A stretch of 64,000 nt of DNA. Origin: Takakia lepidozioides. Lineage: Eukaryota; Plantae; Bryophyta. This document shows positions 11,701 through 23,700 of the stretch, piece after piece; the first letter of the stretch is position 1, and each line of letters opens with the position of its first letter. The stretch spans positions 85,188,001 to 85,252,000 of the forward strand of contig CM060731.1 in the NCBI GenBank assembly GCA_030704615.1, in the 5' to 3' direction. Under the pieces are notes generated by a model. The model saw only the letters and a list, made by a program, of their open reading frames with translations. It had not been told where the DNA came from and made no database searches. Made by a program: the position numbers and the translations under genes.

Positions 11701-14700
11701 GCTCTGTGCGTTTGTGCGCGTCAGGGCAGCCTTCAGATACAGTGCACACATGCTGACAACTCGTCACAACCAACTCCAGGTAGAACAACTAGAATATTCA
11801 TGGAGACCATTTTCACCTAGGGACAGAGCCCATACTAACAGATGGTATGAAGAAAATTATCTGATATGACGAGCCCAAGTTCCGAGGACAGACCCTACAC
11901 TCCTTATGGAAAGCAATACATGAGCAAGGGATCATAGTCAATAGATCTCTGTAACGTCAAAAATTGCCTGTACAAAGTACAAAATGCTGATTGTAGGGGT
12001 CAAGTATGAGTATAAAAACGTATCCGGTACAACCTTACCTTAAATGCTACCAGAAACCGATCGTCTGTAACTTCCACCTGGCCAAGGTCTTCTGCTGCCC
12101 CATAACCTGCAGCAGATCTCATCTGCTGGCGGATATCTTCAACGAGCTGGGCAGCCTTACCATCTGAGCCCCTCTGGATCACTATTCTAGTTCTCACCCC
12201 CCTTTCAATGTTCGTGTGGTTGTGTCCCTCTGAAGCATTCCCTTGCAATTGGGGCATACGATCGTCTGTGACTAACTCTATAAGCTCGTCCAAAGAGGTG
12301 TTCTCACTGAATGCTTTTTGGACTGCAATGTCTTCAGACGAAGGACCTGCACCAAGCAATGGACTCTGTGTCTCCCGGGAAAGGGATTGGCCTATCCCAC
12401 TACCATCAGTAAGTTGTGTTTCAGAGGCCCCTGCCAATGGCGCAATCTCTCTTGCCCCATGTAGTGCCTCCTTCTTGGTGGCATTCCGAGCCACTTTTCG
12501 TGGTGGCTCTGGCAGGTCATCCACGCGAATGATATCTCTGAAGCAAAAAAGGACACTCCCAATTGAGCACTAGCTATATGATAGAATACATAATGACCAA
12601 GGTTGACTATGTTGTTGCTAAGAGTCACAGCAAAGGTAAAACACATTGATGTCCCGCCTCCCTTTTGTCCACAGCTCATTCCAAACAGTGTGGGGTTCAG
12701 GGTCAAACTACTACAGCCAGTGCCTTGAGGAGTAGATCTCTCCCATATCCATTCATTGTCCCTCTCTCCATGCTTACCACACCATATTGACATTTAGATC
12801 TCTAAAGTACTGATAAAACTGAACAGACACATACCGGTCTTGTTTAGTTTGCTTTCGCTTTCCCTTTCTTTCTTCATGAACTTCTGTCTCCTCTACCCAA
12901 TCAATGAAGCTTGCCGGTGAATCAGGGCAGACATCTCGATTCTCTTTTTCCACCTCACCATCTTTCAAGTTCCGATCCTCACAATGACCCAGTTCAAGTT
13001 GAAGAGTCCCTTTTTCCTCAGTTTTTCTGAGGGAGATGAGTCCAGTTGGGCATTCTGCAAGTTCCTTGATCTTCTGGTCTCCAGTGACCACCTTCACAGC
13101 AGACACAGGGCCAAGGGATTGGCTTCTTTCTGCCTGAAAAACATAGGTCAAATTTTCCCCCACAATAAGACGAGTGGGAAAGCAAATATAGAACATGTAG
13201 CAAATTCTGCAATTTTAGATTTTCTGGGCACCTGGTGTCCCTGTCTCCTGGTGGGAAAAGAATTTGGAGCCATTACAGTCATCTTTTCTCCAAGCAATGC
13301 TTGGTGCCAGGAGCACAACTCCATCTCAGATCCTAGGGGCAGAGTTCGCATGTGTACCATTGCAATCCGATGCCCTCTTCCGGCTTACAATCTTTCTCCA
13401 TAGATTACAGGCCCTTCCACCCAAGGGGCTCGTGGCAAGGGCCCTCACAACATCTATGAGGCTCAAAGCTGCAGGTTTCAGGAACTCCTGGTATGCTCGA
13501 GTGGACAGTTTATTTCAACGTAACGGACTTTCTACTGCTTTCCTATTACCAATGAATCCAGATGAGGTGGACATCACGTCCAGACATGACCGCAACAGAC
13601 TCATTAGGAGAGAGCTTATGGAATTACATGTCCAGAGAACTTGGAAGCTACCCAATCTCACAACAAAGCTCCACTTCTATCGAGAGACATTCTTGGTGCT
13701 CCGCGACAATAGAATCTTGAGACCAAATTACCTTTCAGCATCCTTATCTCCTTCCCTCCTGAGGGCATTGGGACGGTTCAGGGTGGGTTCCCACAACCTA
13801 CGGATAGAGACTGGCAGATGGGAAAACCTGCAACGGGAGGACCGCCTATGTCCAGCTTGCATAGGGCGCAGCCAGGAAATCGAAACTGAAGAACACTTCT
13901 TCTTCTACTGCCCTCTATACTACGAGATCCGTGGGAGATTCCACTGTTTATTCAGTGGAACCCAAACTCTCACTGATGTCTTCCACTATGAGGATCAAAA
14001 ATGCTTGGCAGCCTACCTGCACAAGGCCTTCACCCTTCGACATTCGCTAGAACATTAATTGTGGTTTCTGGACTTGTTCCTCTCTCATGTTTCCATTTTG
14101 TCCCATAAGCTCTATGAGCTTTCCGCGGACGTTATAAAGTACCATTTCAGTTCATTTCATTTCTCTTCCTCTACTTCCTTCCTGCCCGGTTTACAATGGG
14201 ATATGAGGGAAAGACTAGTGTCTCCTTGTAAGAAGCATCCATAATGAAGATCTTGAGCACTTCATGGCTCACCTTCAAGAGGCATTGCATCTTTGGTCAA
14301 CAGCTTTAGTATGTCTGGTTTGGTTTGTATGTTTCAGTCTCGTCCCATAAACTCTTTGGACTTTCTGAGCACGTTGTCAAGTTTCTCTTCCATTCTCAAT
14401 CTTACCTTCATGAGGCACACCACCAAAGTGTCCATTTTTATAAGCAGCAAAGTCATCATGCAATGAGACCATTGAAACGGGTGAGTGTTCAATGCAATGA
14501 TCTAAGCATGTTTCTTCTGGTTTCTTCATTTCTTCGGAAGTCCCTTGGACACTGTTTCTTTGCCCCGACTTAAACCAGGCCGCAGAACAAGAGGAGGTGA
14601 TCAACTGCAGCCTTGAAATTGTAACAACTGTTTCATGAGCAAACAGTGGTGGTCATACATTAAACTGTAGTAAGTTTTGTTCCAAAGGCACTCAGGAGAA

Positions 14701-17700
14701 AAAGTGTTCAAAGCTTACAGAGGAAGCATGGCTTCATACCTTGTTTTCCATAGGCATGGCAACTGCTTCAACCTTAACGCCTACTTCAGCCTTCTCAGTA
14801 GATCCTGCTTAGCATATACATGAGACAATGTTGAACCCTGGCTTGGCTGGATGGTATAGAAAGATGCAAGTATTTATGCTCACAAATCTGTACATTTGGT
14901 TAACACCAGCAGCAAATGAGCTTACCAGGGATCTGCTGCTGGTAGGGCAAAACTAGATGGGATAACATATTAGAGACAACACAACCCCCAAGTTTACAGA
15001 TCTACTGCTTGTCCACTCTATCACTGACAAGTTCAACTACCCCAAAGACTCAGCAAATGCTTGCTTCTAACAAACATAACTGTACCTCTTGATAAAATTG
15101 ACTGCTCAGGCTGACAGCCAAGCCCTGAAGAGCTGGGAAGCTTGCTAGGCTCCCCCATCATGGACATAGAGAAAATGACTGCTGATTCCCCTTGCTCAGC
15201 AACTGAGATGAAACCTGATGCATCACCATCGGTCGCCTCTGCAGCCCTGTAAGCAAGCTCGGCCACTGGCAATGGTCCAGTTGAACGTGATGTGACAACT
15301 GTTGTTGCCAGAATTGATGATTTGAGGGAGCTTGGTGGAAGCTGTTGCAATGTACTTCTCTCAATACACCTGCAATTGCTCAACTGTTGAAAATGTACTC
15401 ATAAGACTTCATTTTCCATAGCCTTGTGGCCATAGACACCATGCCCAGTTTGGACGGAAACATAGGGAATAGGCACTACCTTTGTGAGGGGCTCACTCCA
15501 GTAGTGTGACTTATGTTGGTAATTCCTCTACTGTTGAAAGAGAATGTACTCATAAGATGTTGTTTGCCGTAGCCTTGCGGCCATAGACCCCACGCCCAGT
15601 TTGCGCGAAACAAAAGGGAATAGATGCTACCTTTGTGAGGGGCTCACTGTGACTTACCTTGGTAAAGACAATTAGTTCAGGTTTTCTAGATATCTTCTAG
15701 AAAACCCTTCACACAAGCATCGACTTGCTGTGTGTGAGCTGCCCAGCAATTAGACCCCAACAGGGCCAGGGCTTTAGGCTCAGCCTCAAGATGTTGAATG
15801 TTGGTGAACAGAGGTGCAGGGACAATGTTCTTGATCGTCCTGAAGAGAATCACTCTCTGGTGAGAAGAAACCGGACAATGTATCAGATGATGGGTATTGT
15901 CTTCAGGCTGCCCGCACATTGGGCAATTACAATCTTCCTCTTCTGCTCTGCATCAGTTTATTGTTCAAAGGTAGGCTTCCCGCCCTGTGTTTACATTTCA
16001 GTCTAGTGCCGAGGGTAGGTAGGCCCTTGAGATCATCCTTTTCGCCCATGTCACAGAGTGGAAACTGTTGGAGGTGTCAAGGCTATAGCCCTTGCACGAC
16101 ACTTTGAGAACAGAACGGGACGGGTAGCTTAGTGGTAGAGCACCCCACCGGAATGGGGGAGGTCCTAGGTTCAATCCCTAGCCCGACCACACGCCAGTGG
16201 TTTTCCAACATGGTATCAGAGCCAAGGTTGGGGCGGTGGTCAGAATGGGTGGGCATTAGCATAAGGGCTATGCCTTGAGGGGGAGTGTTGGAGGTGTCAA
16301 GGCTATAGCCCTTGCACGACACTTTGAGAACAGAACGGGACCGGTACCTCAGTGGTAGAGCACCCCACCGGAATGGGGGAGTTCCTAGGTTCAATCCCTA
16401 GCCCGACCACACGCCAGTGGTTTTCCAACAGAAACAAGTTCAGGGGAGTTTTATGCCTAACTTCATTTCATCAGACAGTCTTTGGGCATCAGACATGGCT
16501 TTGGACACAGCTCCCTCCAGGCCAGCTTCATCCCGTAGGGTCAATTCTTCAGGACTAATATTCAGATACTTGAAAGTCTCTTCCACCCTTTGCCTGTTTA
16601 ACAGGACTGTCGAGAGAGAGAGAGAGAGAGAGAATGTACTCATGTGATGTTGTTTGACGTAGCCTTGTGGCCATTGACCCCGCGCCCAGTTTGACCGGAA
16701 TACAAAGGGACAGAAACTACCTTTGTCAGGGGCTGACGTCGGTAGTATGACTTATCTTGGAACAGACAATTGATTCCAGATATCCTCTAGAAATCCCTTT
16801 ACACAAGCATCAATCTGCTGTGTGTGATTTGCCCAACAACTAGACCCCAAAAGGGCCTGGGCTCTTGGATCAGCTTCAAGATTTTCAAAGTTGGTAAATA
16901 GAGGTACAGGAACAATTTCCTTGATGAAATTGAAGAGGGTGTCTCTCTGGTGAGAGTACCCAGGACAATGAAACAGAAAGTGGATATTGTCTTAAGTTTG
17001 CCCACACAATGGGCATTTGCAATCCCCCTTTCGTCTTTGAGTCTGTTTGCTGTTCAAAGGTAGGCTTCCCACCCAGAGTTTAAATTTCAGTCGAAGTTTT
17101 CTGCCTAACTTCATTTTCATCAGACAATTTCCTGGCAACAGAACATGGCTTTGGACACTACAGCCTCTCAGTCAGATTTATACAGCAGGGCCAAGACTTG
17201 CGGACTTAGATTCAGATCCTGAAAATCTCTTCGACCCTCTTCCGCCAGGACTTGGCCTGTTTGACAGGGCGATCCTGCTTCCAAGATATAGAGTCGATTA
17301 ACTTAGGATATCATTAGCCATATGTTGCAGCTGACCCCACAATCTGACCTTGAATTCATCTCGTAGGGAGCTTAAGGGAGGATGCCAAACTCACCCCGAA
17401 CAGCCACATTAGCTGTTTGGAGCATGCTGACGAGCACTGCCACTTGAATGGATTCAGAGACTTAAGCCTGGTTGGAGTTATCAACCCACAATGCAGATGC
17501 GTACTCCAAGGCAGGCCTAATAATGCGGCAAAACATGGTTTTTTTTACTTCAGAGTTGATCCCTCTGCAGTGGAAAAATTTAGTGAGACCCAACACTTTG
17601 CGTTTGCCAGATTGAACAACTTTCTGAATATGCGCATCCCAATTACAGTTGGCCAGAAACTCAACGCCAATGTATGTGTAGGAAGGGAGGACAGGAATCT

Positions 17701-20700
17701 CTTGGCTTCCCCTCTGCCACTTGAGATCGCCTCCTCCCTCCCCTCGGTCGCCGAATGCCACCACTGCGCATTTACTGACGTTAGCCTCTAGCCTCCAAAG
17801 GTCAAAGTATCTCTTCGCGCAATCAATCAACTCCTGAAGATAGGATGGAGTCTCCCTACTTGAAGGTAGGCCTAATAATGCGGCAAAGCATGCTTTTTTG
17901 GACTTCAGAGTCGATCCCTCTGCAGTGGAGAACTTTAGTGAGGCACAGTACTTTGCGCTCGCATATAGAGACTGCATATATATATATATATAGATTGTAC
18001 TCATAAGACGTGTTTGCCGTAGCCTTGTGGCCATTGACCCCGCGCCCAGTTTGAGCGGGAACAAAAGGGACAGAACCTACCTCTGTCAGGGGCTGACGTT
18101 GGTAGTAAGACTTACCTCCATATAAAGAATTAATCCGGGTTTTCCAGATATCCTCTAGAAATCCCTTCACACAAGCATCAATCTGCTGTGTGTGATTTGC
18201 CCAAAAACTAGGCCTCAGGAGGGCCTGGGCTTTTGGCTCAGCCTCGAGACTTTCAAAGTTGGTAAACAGGGGTACAGGCACAATTCCCTTAATAGATTTG
18301 AAGAGAGCGTCTCTTTGGTGAGAGAACCCCGGACAGTGTATCAGAAAATGAACACTGTCTTCAGATTGCCCACACAACGGGCAATTGCACTCTCCCTTTC
18401 CTCTCTGCTTCTGTTTGCTGTTGAAAGGTAGGCTTCCTGCCCTGAGTTTAAATTTCAGTCTAGTGCCGAGAGTGGGTAGACCCTTGAGGTCATGCAAGAT
18501 GTCCTCCCCCATGTCACAGACTGGAAACAAGTTCAGGGAAGTTTTCTGCCTAACTTCATTTTCATCAGACAATCTCATGGCAACAGACATGGCTGAGGAC
18601 ACTACAGCCTCTAAGTCAGATTTATCCAGCAGGGTCAAGACTTGCGGATCCAGGTCCAGGTCCTTGAGGATCTCTTCTACTCTCTTCTGCCAGGACTTAG
18701 CCTGTTTGACAGGGCGGTCCTGTTTCCAAGATATAGAGTCGATTAACTTAGGATATCTGGTGTTGGGCATATGTTGCAGCTGACCCCACCATCTGACCTT
18801 GAATTCATCTCGTCGGGAGCTTAAGGACGGAATGCCAAACTCACCCCGAACAGCCACATTGGCTGTTTTGGAGCATGCTGACATACACTCCTTAAGCACC
18901 CCCACTTGATTGGATTCTAGAGACTTAGCCTGGTTGGAGTTATCAACCCATATAGCAGATCCGTACTCCAAGGCAGGTCTAATAACGCGACAAAGCATGG
19001 TTTTCTTAACCTCAGAGTTGACCCCTCTGCAGTGGAAAAATTTAGTGAGCCCCAGAGCTTTGCCCTTGCCAGTTTGAACAACTTTCCGGATATGTGCATC
19101 CCAATTACAATGGGAGGAAAACTCAACGCCCAGGTAAGTGTAGGAAGGGAGGACCGGGATCTCTTGGCTACCCCACTGCCACTTAAGATCACTTCCTCCC
19201 TCTCCTCTGTCGTTGAATGCTACCACTGCACATTTGCTGACATTAGCCTCTAGCCCCCAAAGATCAAAGTATCTCTTCGCGCAATCAATCAACTCCTGGA
19301 GATTGGTTGGAGTCTCCCCTATGCCTGCGAAGTCATCCGCAAACATAAGGGCTGGTATGGTGGTATCACCCACCCTTAACCCAAATCCCTCACTTTCCAC
19401 ATCCTCGAGGAGTTGATTGATGAAAACATTGAAGAGCAGAGGGGAGAGAGTACATCCTTGAACTACACCTTGGTCTATGTCAAAGAAGTTGGACTTCTGT
19501 CCGTTAACAGTGACACAGCTTTTGGTGTGAGCATACAAGTTGTGGACAACTCTCCACATCTTTCCCTTGATCCCACAAGACCAGAGGCGGAACCATAGGC
19601 CGTCTCTCCACACTGTGTCATAAGCCTTTTTGACATCCAGGAAAAAGACATAAGTGGGTTTCCCATCCTTTTTCCTTCCCTGGATAATCTGGCTTAGAGT
19701 GAAGATATGATCCACACAGCCCCTGTTTCGCCGAAAGCCAGCTTGGCCTTCGTGGAAACAACCTCTAGACTCCAGATCAACCTCGAGACGAGTACTTATA
19801 ACTCTGCAGAATGTCTTGCCAACAGCATTGAGGAGCGTGATGCCACGGTAGTTCCCCGGTTCTTCTCTGTCACCCTTCTTGTATAGATTGACAATGACCC
19901 CCTGTCGCCAGCGAAAGGGGATCATTTCAGTCTTCCAGATAAGGTTAAAGAGGAGAACTAGGGCCTCTATCATGGGATCGCCACCGTGCTTGATAAGCTC
20001 GTTGACAATACCATCAGGTCCACCAGCTTTATATCCATTTAAATGTTCAATTGCTTCCACAATCTCAGAAGAACTAATGGGAGCATTATAAGCCATTGAA
20101 ATATACTCCAGTTCATCAGGGCTGTTTTGAATCATAGGAACAGTTTTTCCAACTGTGTCCCTCCATTCAGCAGAAGACCCCTCACTGTTAGACCTAGAAG
20201 TTCTGCCAAGGATACTGTAGTGAGTTTCAAAGGTTTTGACAATGTCAACCGATGAAGTCACCACTGCACCTTTAGTAGTCTTCAGCGCTTGTACTTGCTG
20301 ACCGTTTTTCGGCTTGTACAAACGTTGAAGGGCCAACCAGAATTTCTTGTCATTACCACCATGGTGGTTTGAGTTTATTTCACTGTATAACTTGTCCCAG
20401 TATAATTTCTTCTGAGACCTAACAAGCTGATTGATATCTTTACGGAGCTGGTAGTACCTCGTCCACAATTCTCTGTTGGTTTGCAAATTGCAGCACTCTT
20501 TATAGAGGGCTCGTCTCTCAGCTATCTTGAGTTTAATCTCATTAGTCCACCAATTAACTGCTCTACCGCAGACAATTAGTTTCCTCCCAATGATCTTGTC
20601 AGCCACGGAGGAAACGAAACTCTCCCAAGAGTCCACTGCTCTTTCGACTTCATTTCTTGCGTTAACAGAGCGTGACTGAAGTTCTTGGAGCGATTGGACA

Positions 20701-23700
20701 AAATGAGGGAGAGCCTCTTGCAAGGCCTGGACGTACTCAGCCTTGACCTCCTCATTGTGGAATTTTTCTATGCGCCACTTCCGAATCGAACGTTTCACAG
20801 ATCTCTTGGTGGTGGGAAAACACCTTTTGATATCAGTCCAAACCAGGAAGTGGTCAGAGGTACCAATATCAGTTCTGTAGATCAACACATTGGCACACTG
20901 GGGGAACAAAATTTTGTCCATTATGATATAGTCCACAATGGAACGTTTCCCAGTTTGGGATTTCTCACGAGTCCACTGCACTTGGTCACCTCTTGTCCTG
21001 TTATTCAAGGTCAAAAGCTGAAGCTCTTCTAGACAGTTAATTAACCGTCTGCCATTAGAATTCAGCTCGTCCTCACCAAAAGGTCCAATGATATCGTCCT
21101 GATGGATCCCTTTGCCCACCCGGGCATTGAAGTCCCCCAATAGTACCTGACCTTTGGCAAGGAATGAAGCACAGTCCAGCTTTACATCTTCGAAGGCCTT
21201 GTCTGCGTCAGCACTAAGGGTCCCCTCTGTGGGCATGTAAACACAACCAACAAAGAGGTCCTTTGTACTCATGCCGCCCTTCAAATTCAGTTTTAGCCAG
21301 ATACTACGCTTGTACCTCAAACCCTTGTTGATAATTTCACAATTGTCAAACAAGAAATCACGGACAAAGAATCCGACCCCTTTTTGACCGCGTTTGGCAG
21401 AGGCTGCCTTGAGAGTACACATCTTACCTGCCCATTTATAACCATTGACATCTCCAACCAGTTTATCCGACGTTTCCCATGTTTCTTGCCCAGCACAGAT
21501 ATGAATATCATTAGTCCGAAGAACGTCCCACTTCAAGTTGTTTCCTTTGGTTGGTCAACCCTGAGAAGTTGAAAGTGGCCAGCCGCAAGCCAGCCCTTTG
21601 CGTGTGAATTGTTTGTCGTCTAGGTAGCTTGTGATTGCTCCTGGACGGCCAACCATTCTGCAAAGGGGGGACAGTTACCCCATGTGTAGATTTTGCTCGT
21701 CTTGTGTAAACTTTGAGAATTGGTAAACCATTCAGGGTACCAAATCTTTCAGTTACACGACGCACAGGCTCCGCACACATAGGGGCAGATTGTCCGTCAG
21801 ACTGCTTGGGGACAATTACCCCGTGTATAGATTTCGCTCGTCTTGTGTAGACTTTGAGGATTGGTAAACCATTTAGAGTACCAAATACTTCAGTTACACG
21901 ACGTTCAGGCTCTGCACACTTAGGGACAGATTGCCCATCTGACGGCTTGGGGACAATTACCCCGTGTATAGAATTTGTTCGTCTTGTGTAAACCTTGAGG
22001 ATTGGTAAACCATTCAGAGTCCCAAATCCTTCAGATTCAGGACGTTCAGGTTCCGTACACTTAGGGGCATCTTGTCCTTCTGGCTGTTTGGATTCAACCT
22101 CATCCAGAGCATCAAACCGATTAGAAACTCTCAAGTTGAAGTTGTTGCCCTTGGTTGTCTTCCTACAACAATTTATCGGTATGTGCGGTCCTAACCAGAG
22201 TAGAGGCAAGGCGAGGTAGAGTTAGGGTAGGAAAGAGTGCAAAAGATGGCAGGGGGGCAGAAGAGAGCGATAATAAAGATAGCGACACAGAGTTCCGGCA
22301 CCCGCCAGCCTGCCCGCTGTCGGTGCAGACCCCTCCAATTCGAACCAGTAGGTTGGGCCAGAGCGCCCCATTGAATCACCAATGTCTAAGACCGCTCTCC
22401 AGCCAGTCAAGGGACGAACTTCTTTGAGATTGAATTGATGCGGGACTCTATTAGAAGCACTTTTGGTCATTGCAACCTTCAACGTACCCCTGTTATCAAG
22501 TCTCGAGATGGTACCATTAGCCATGAAATCCAAGCCTAAGCTAGAGCATGTAGTTTTAAAGGACACATCGTCCATCCTGGGATTCACCCCAAAAACTACA
22601 CATGAAGCCCTAGATTTGGCATAAGTAATCAATTCCCAGGGATCACCCTGAGGAGTGTTGATGTTGATAGGAGCTAAATTTTTGATTGTTTTCGCAGGCC
22701 ATAAGTTTAAGCACAGGAACCAACCCGAGCCCAAGTGCCGAGTATGCTAGACAGAGCATACGACTGCCCAATTTGGGCGGAGGGGCTGCCCCCAAGCGAT
22801 AGGAGTCCGCTTGTTACCATTCAGAGATCACACTCCAGGGAGTTGCAGGGAATGGCCCGTGAAGGCATATTCTAAAGAGGGAAAGGCCCCAAGCTTTCCA
22901 ACTAAATCCAATGCACTACCTTACCTGAAGCAAAGCGCTTCAGGTCAAAACAAACAAGGACACGAGGTCACAAGGCCGGCATTTAGTCACAGAGACATTA
23001 ATGTACTCCCGTTTCAAGTCCACCCAATGTCAATAGGCTTCCTAGAGGACAGGGAGACTATGCTCAGACAGAGAGAGATAGACTGTACTCATAAGACGTT
23101 GCCTTGTGGCCATAGACCCCGCGCCCAGATTGGCGGAACAAAAGGGACCAAGAAACTACCTTTGTGCGGGGCTCACTACAGTATTGTGACTTGACTTGGT
23201 ATAAACAATTCGTTCGGGCTTTCCAGATATCGCCTAGAACCCTTCACACAAGTATCAATCTGCGCTGTGTGAGCAGCCCAAAAGTTAGACCCCAACAGGG
23301 CCAGGGCTTTAGACATTGTTTGCCGTAGCCTTGTGACCATTGACCCCGCGCCCAGTTTGAGCGGAACACAAAGGGACAGAACCTACTAGACTTACCTAAA
23401 AATAAACAATTGATCTGGGATTTCCGGATATCCTCTAGAAAGCCCTTCACACAAGCATCAATCTGCTGTGTGTGGTTTGCCCAATAACTCGGCCCCAAAA
23501 GGGCCTGGGCTTTTGGCTCAGCCTCGAGACTTTCAAAGTTGATAAACAGAGGTACAGGCACAATTCCCTTGAAAGATTTGAGGAGTCTCCCTGGACAATG
23601 AATCAGAAAATGAATATTGTCTTCAGGGTGCCCCCACAACGGGCAATTGCACTCTCCCTTTCCTCTCTGCTTCTGTTTGCTGTTCAAAGGTAGGGTTCCC

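Larger units (their letters stand above)
16066..16430 (+). mobile_element. Non-autonomous miniature LTR retrotransposon (TRIM) with tRNA-like sequence in both LTRs (Helenus/TRIMp3-like)
   Basis: LTRs 16066-16210 and 16286-16430 (145 bp, TGTTGG...CCAACA, 4 differences). PBS TGGTATCAGAGCC 16211-16223 (tRNA-iMet type). PPT GAGGGGGAG 16277-16285. 5-bp TSD GAAAC; the empty site matches LINE-A (tggaaacaagttcagg). Confidence 0.95.
15395..17965 (-). mobile_element. Stack of degenerate LINE-A 3' fragments
   Basis: Repeated 3' termini (tgtactcat) at ~15395, ~15545 and ~16634; RT-end and CCHC remnants. Confidence 0.8.
17995..23057 (-). mobile_element. LINE-A near-full-length copy 1 (APE endonuclease - RT - CCHC), sense to host gene
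   Basis: ORF 17856-21536 with [48 protein letters not shown]; N-terminal region 21511-22734; 5' end shared with the copy at 38100; (TA)n after the 3' end. Confidence 0.95.

Noticed and set aside
16118-16409. Two functional tRNA genes (apparent anticodon GGA)
   Set aside because: No U33, irregular anticodon loop, acceptor mismatch, short variable arm incompatible with tRNA-Ser, and both lie inside LTRs
17856-18000. C-terminal extension of the copy 1 ORF (YIYIY...)
   Set aside because: Artefact of a 1-bp deletion reading through the (TA)n tail into an adjacent LINE fragment
18192-21572. Recurrent antisense ORFs in LINE-A copies
   Set aside because: Shadow frames of the RT ORF; they recur only because the copies are near-identical
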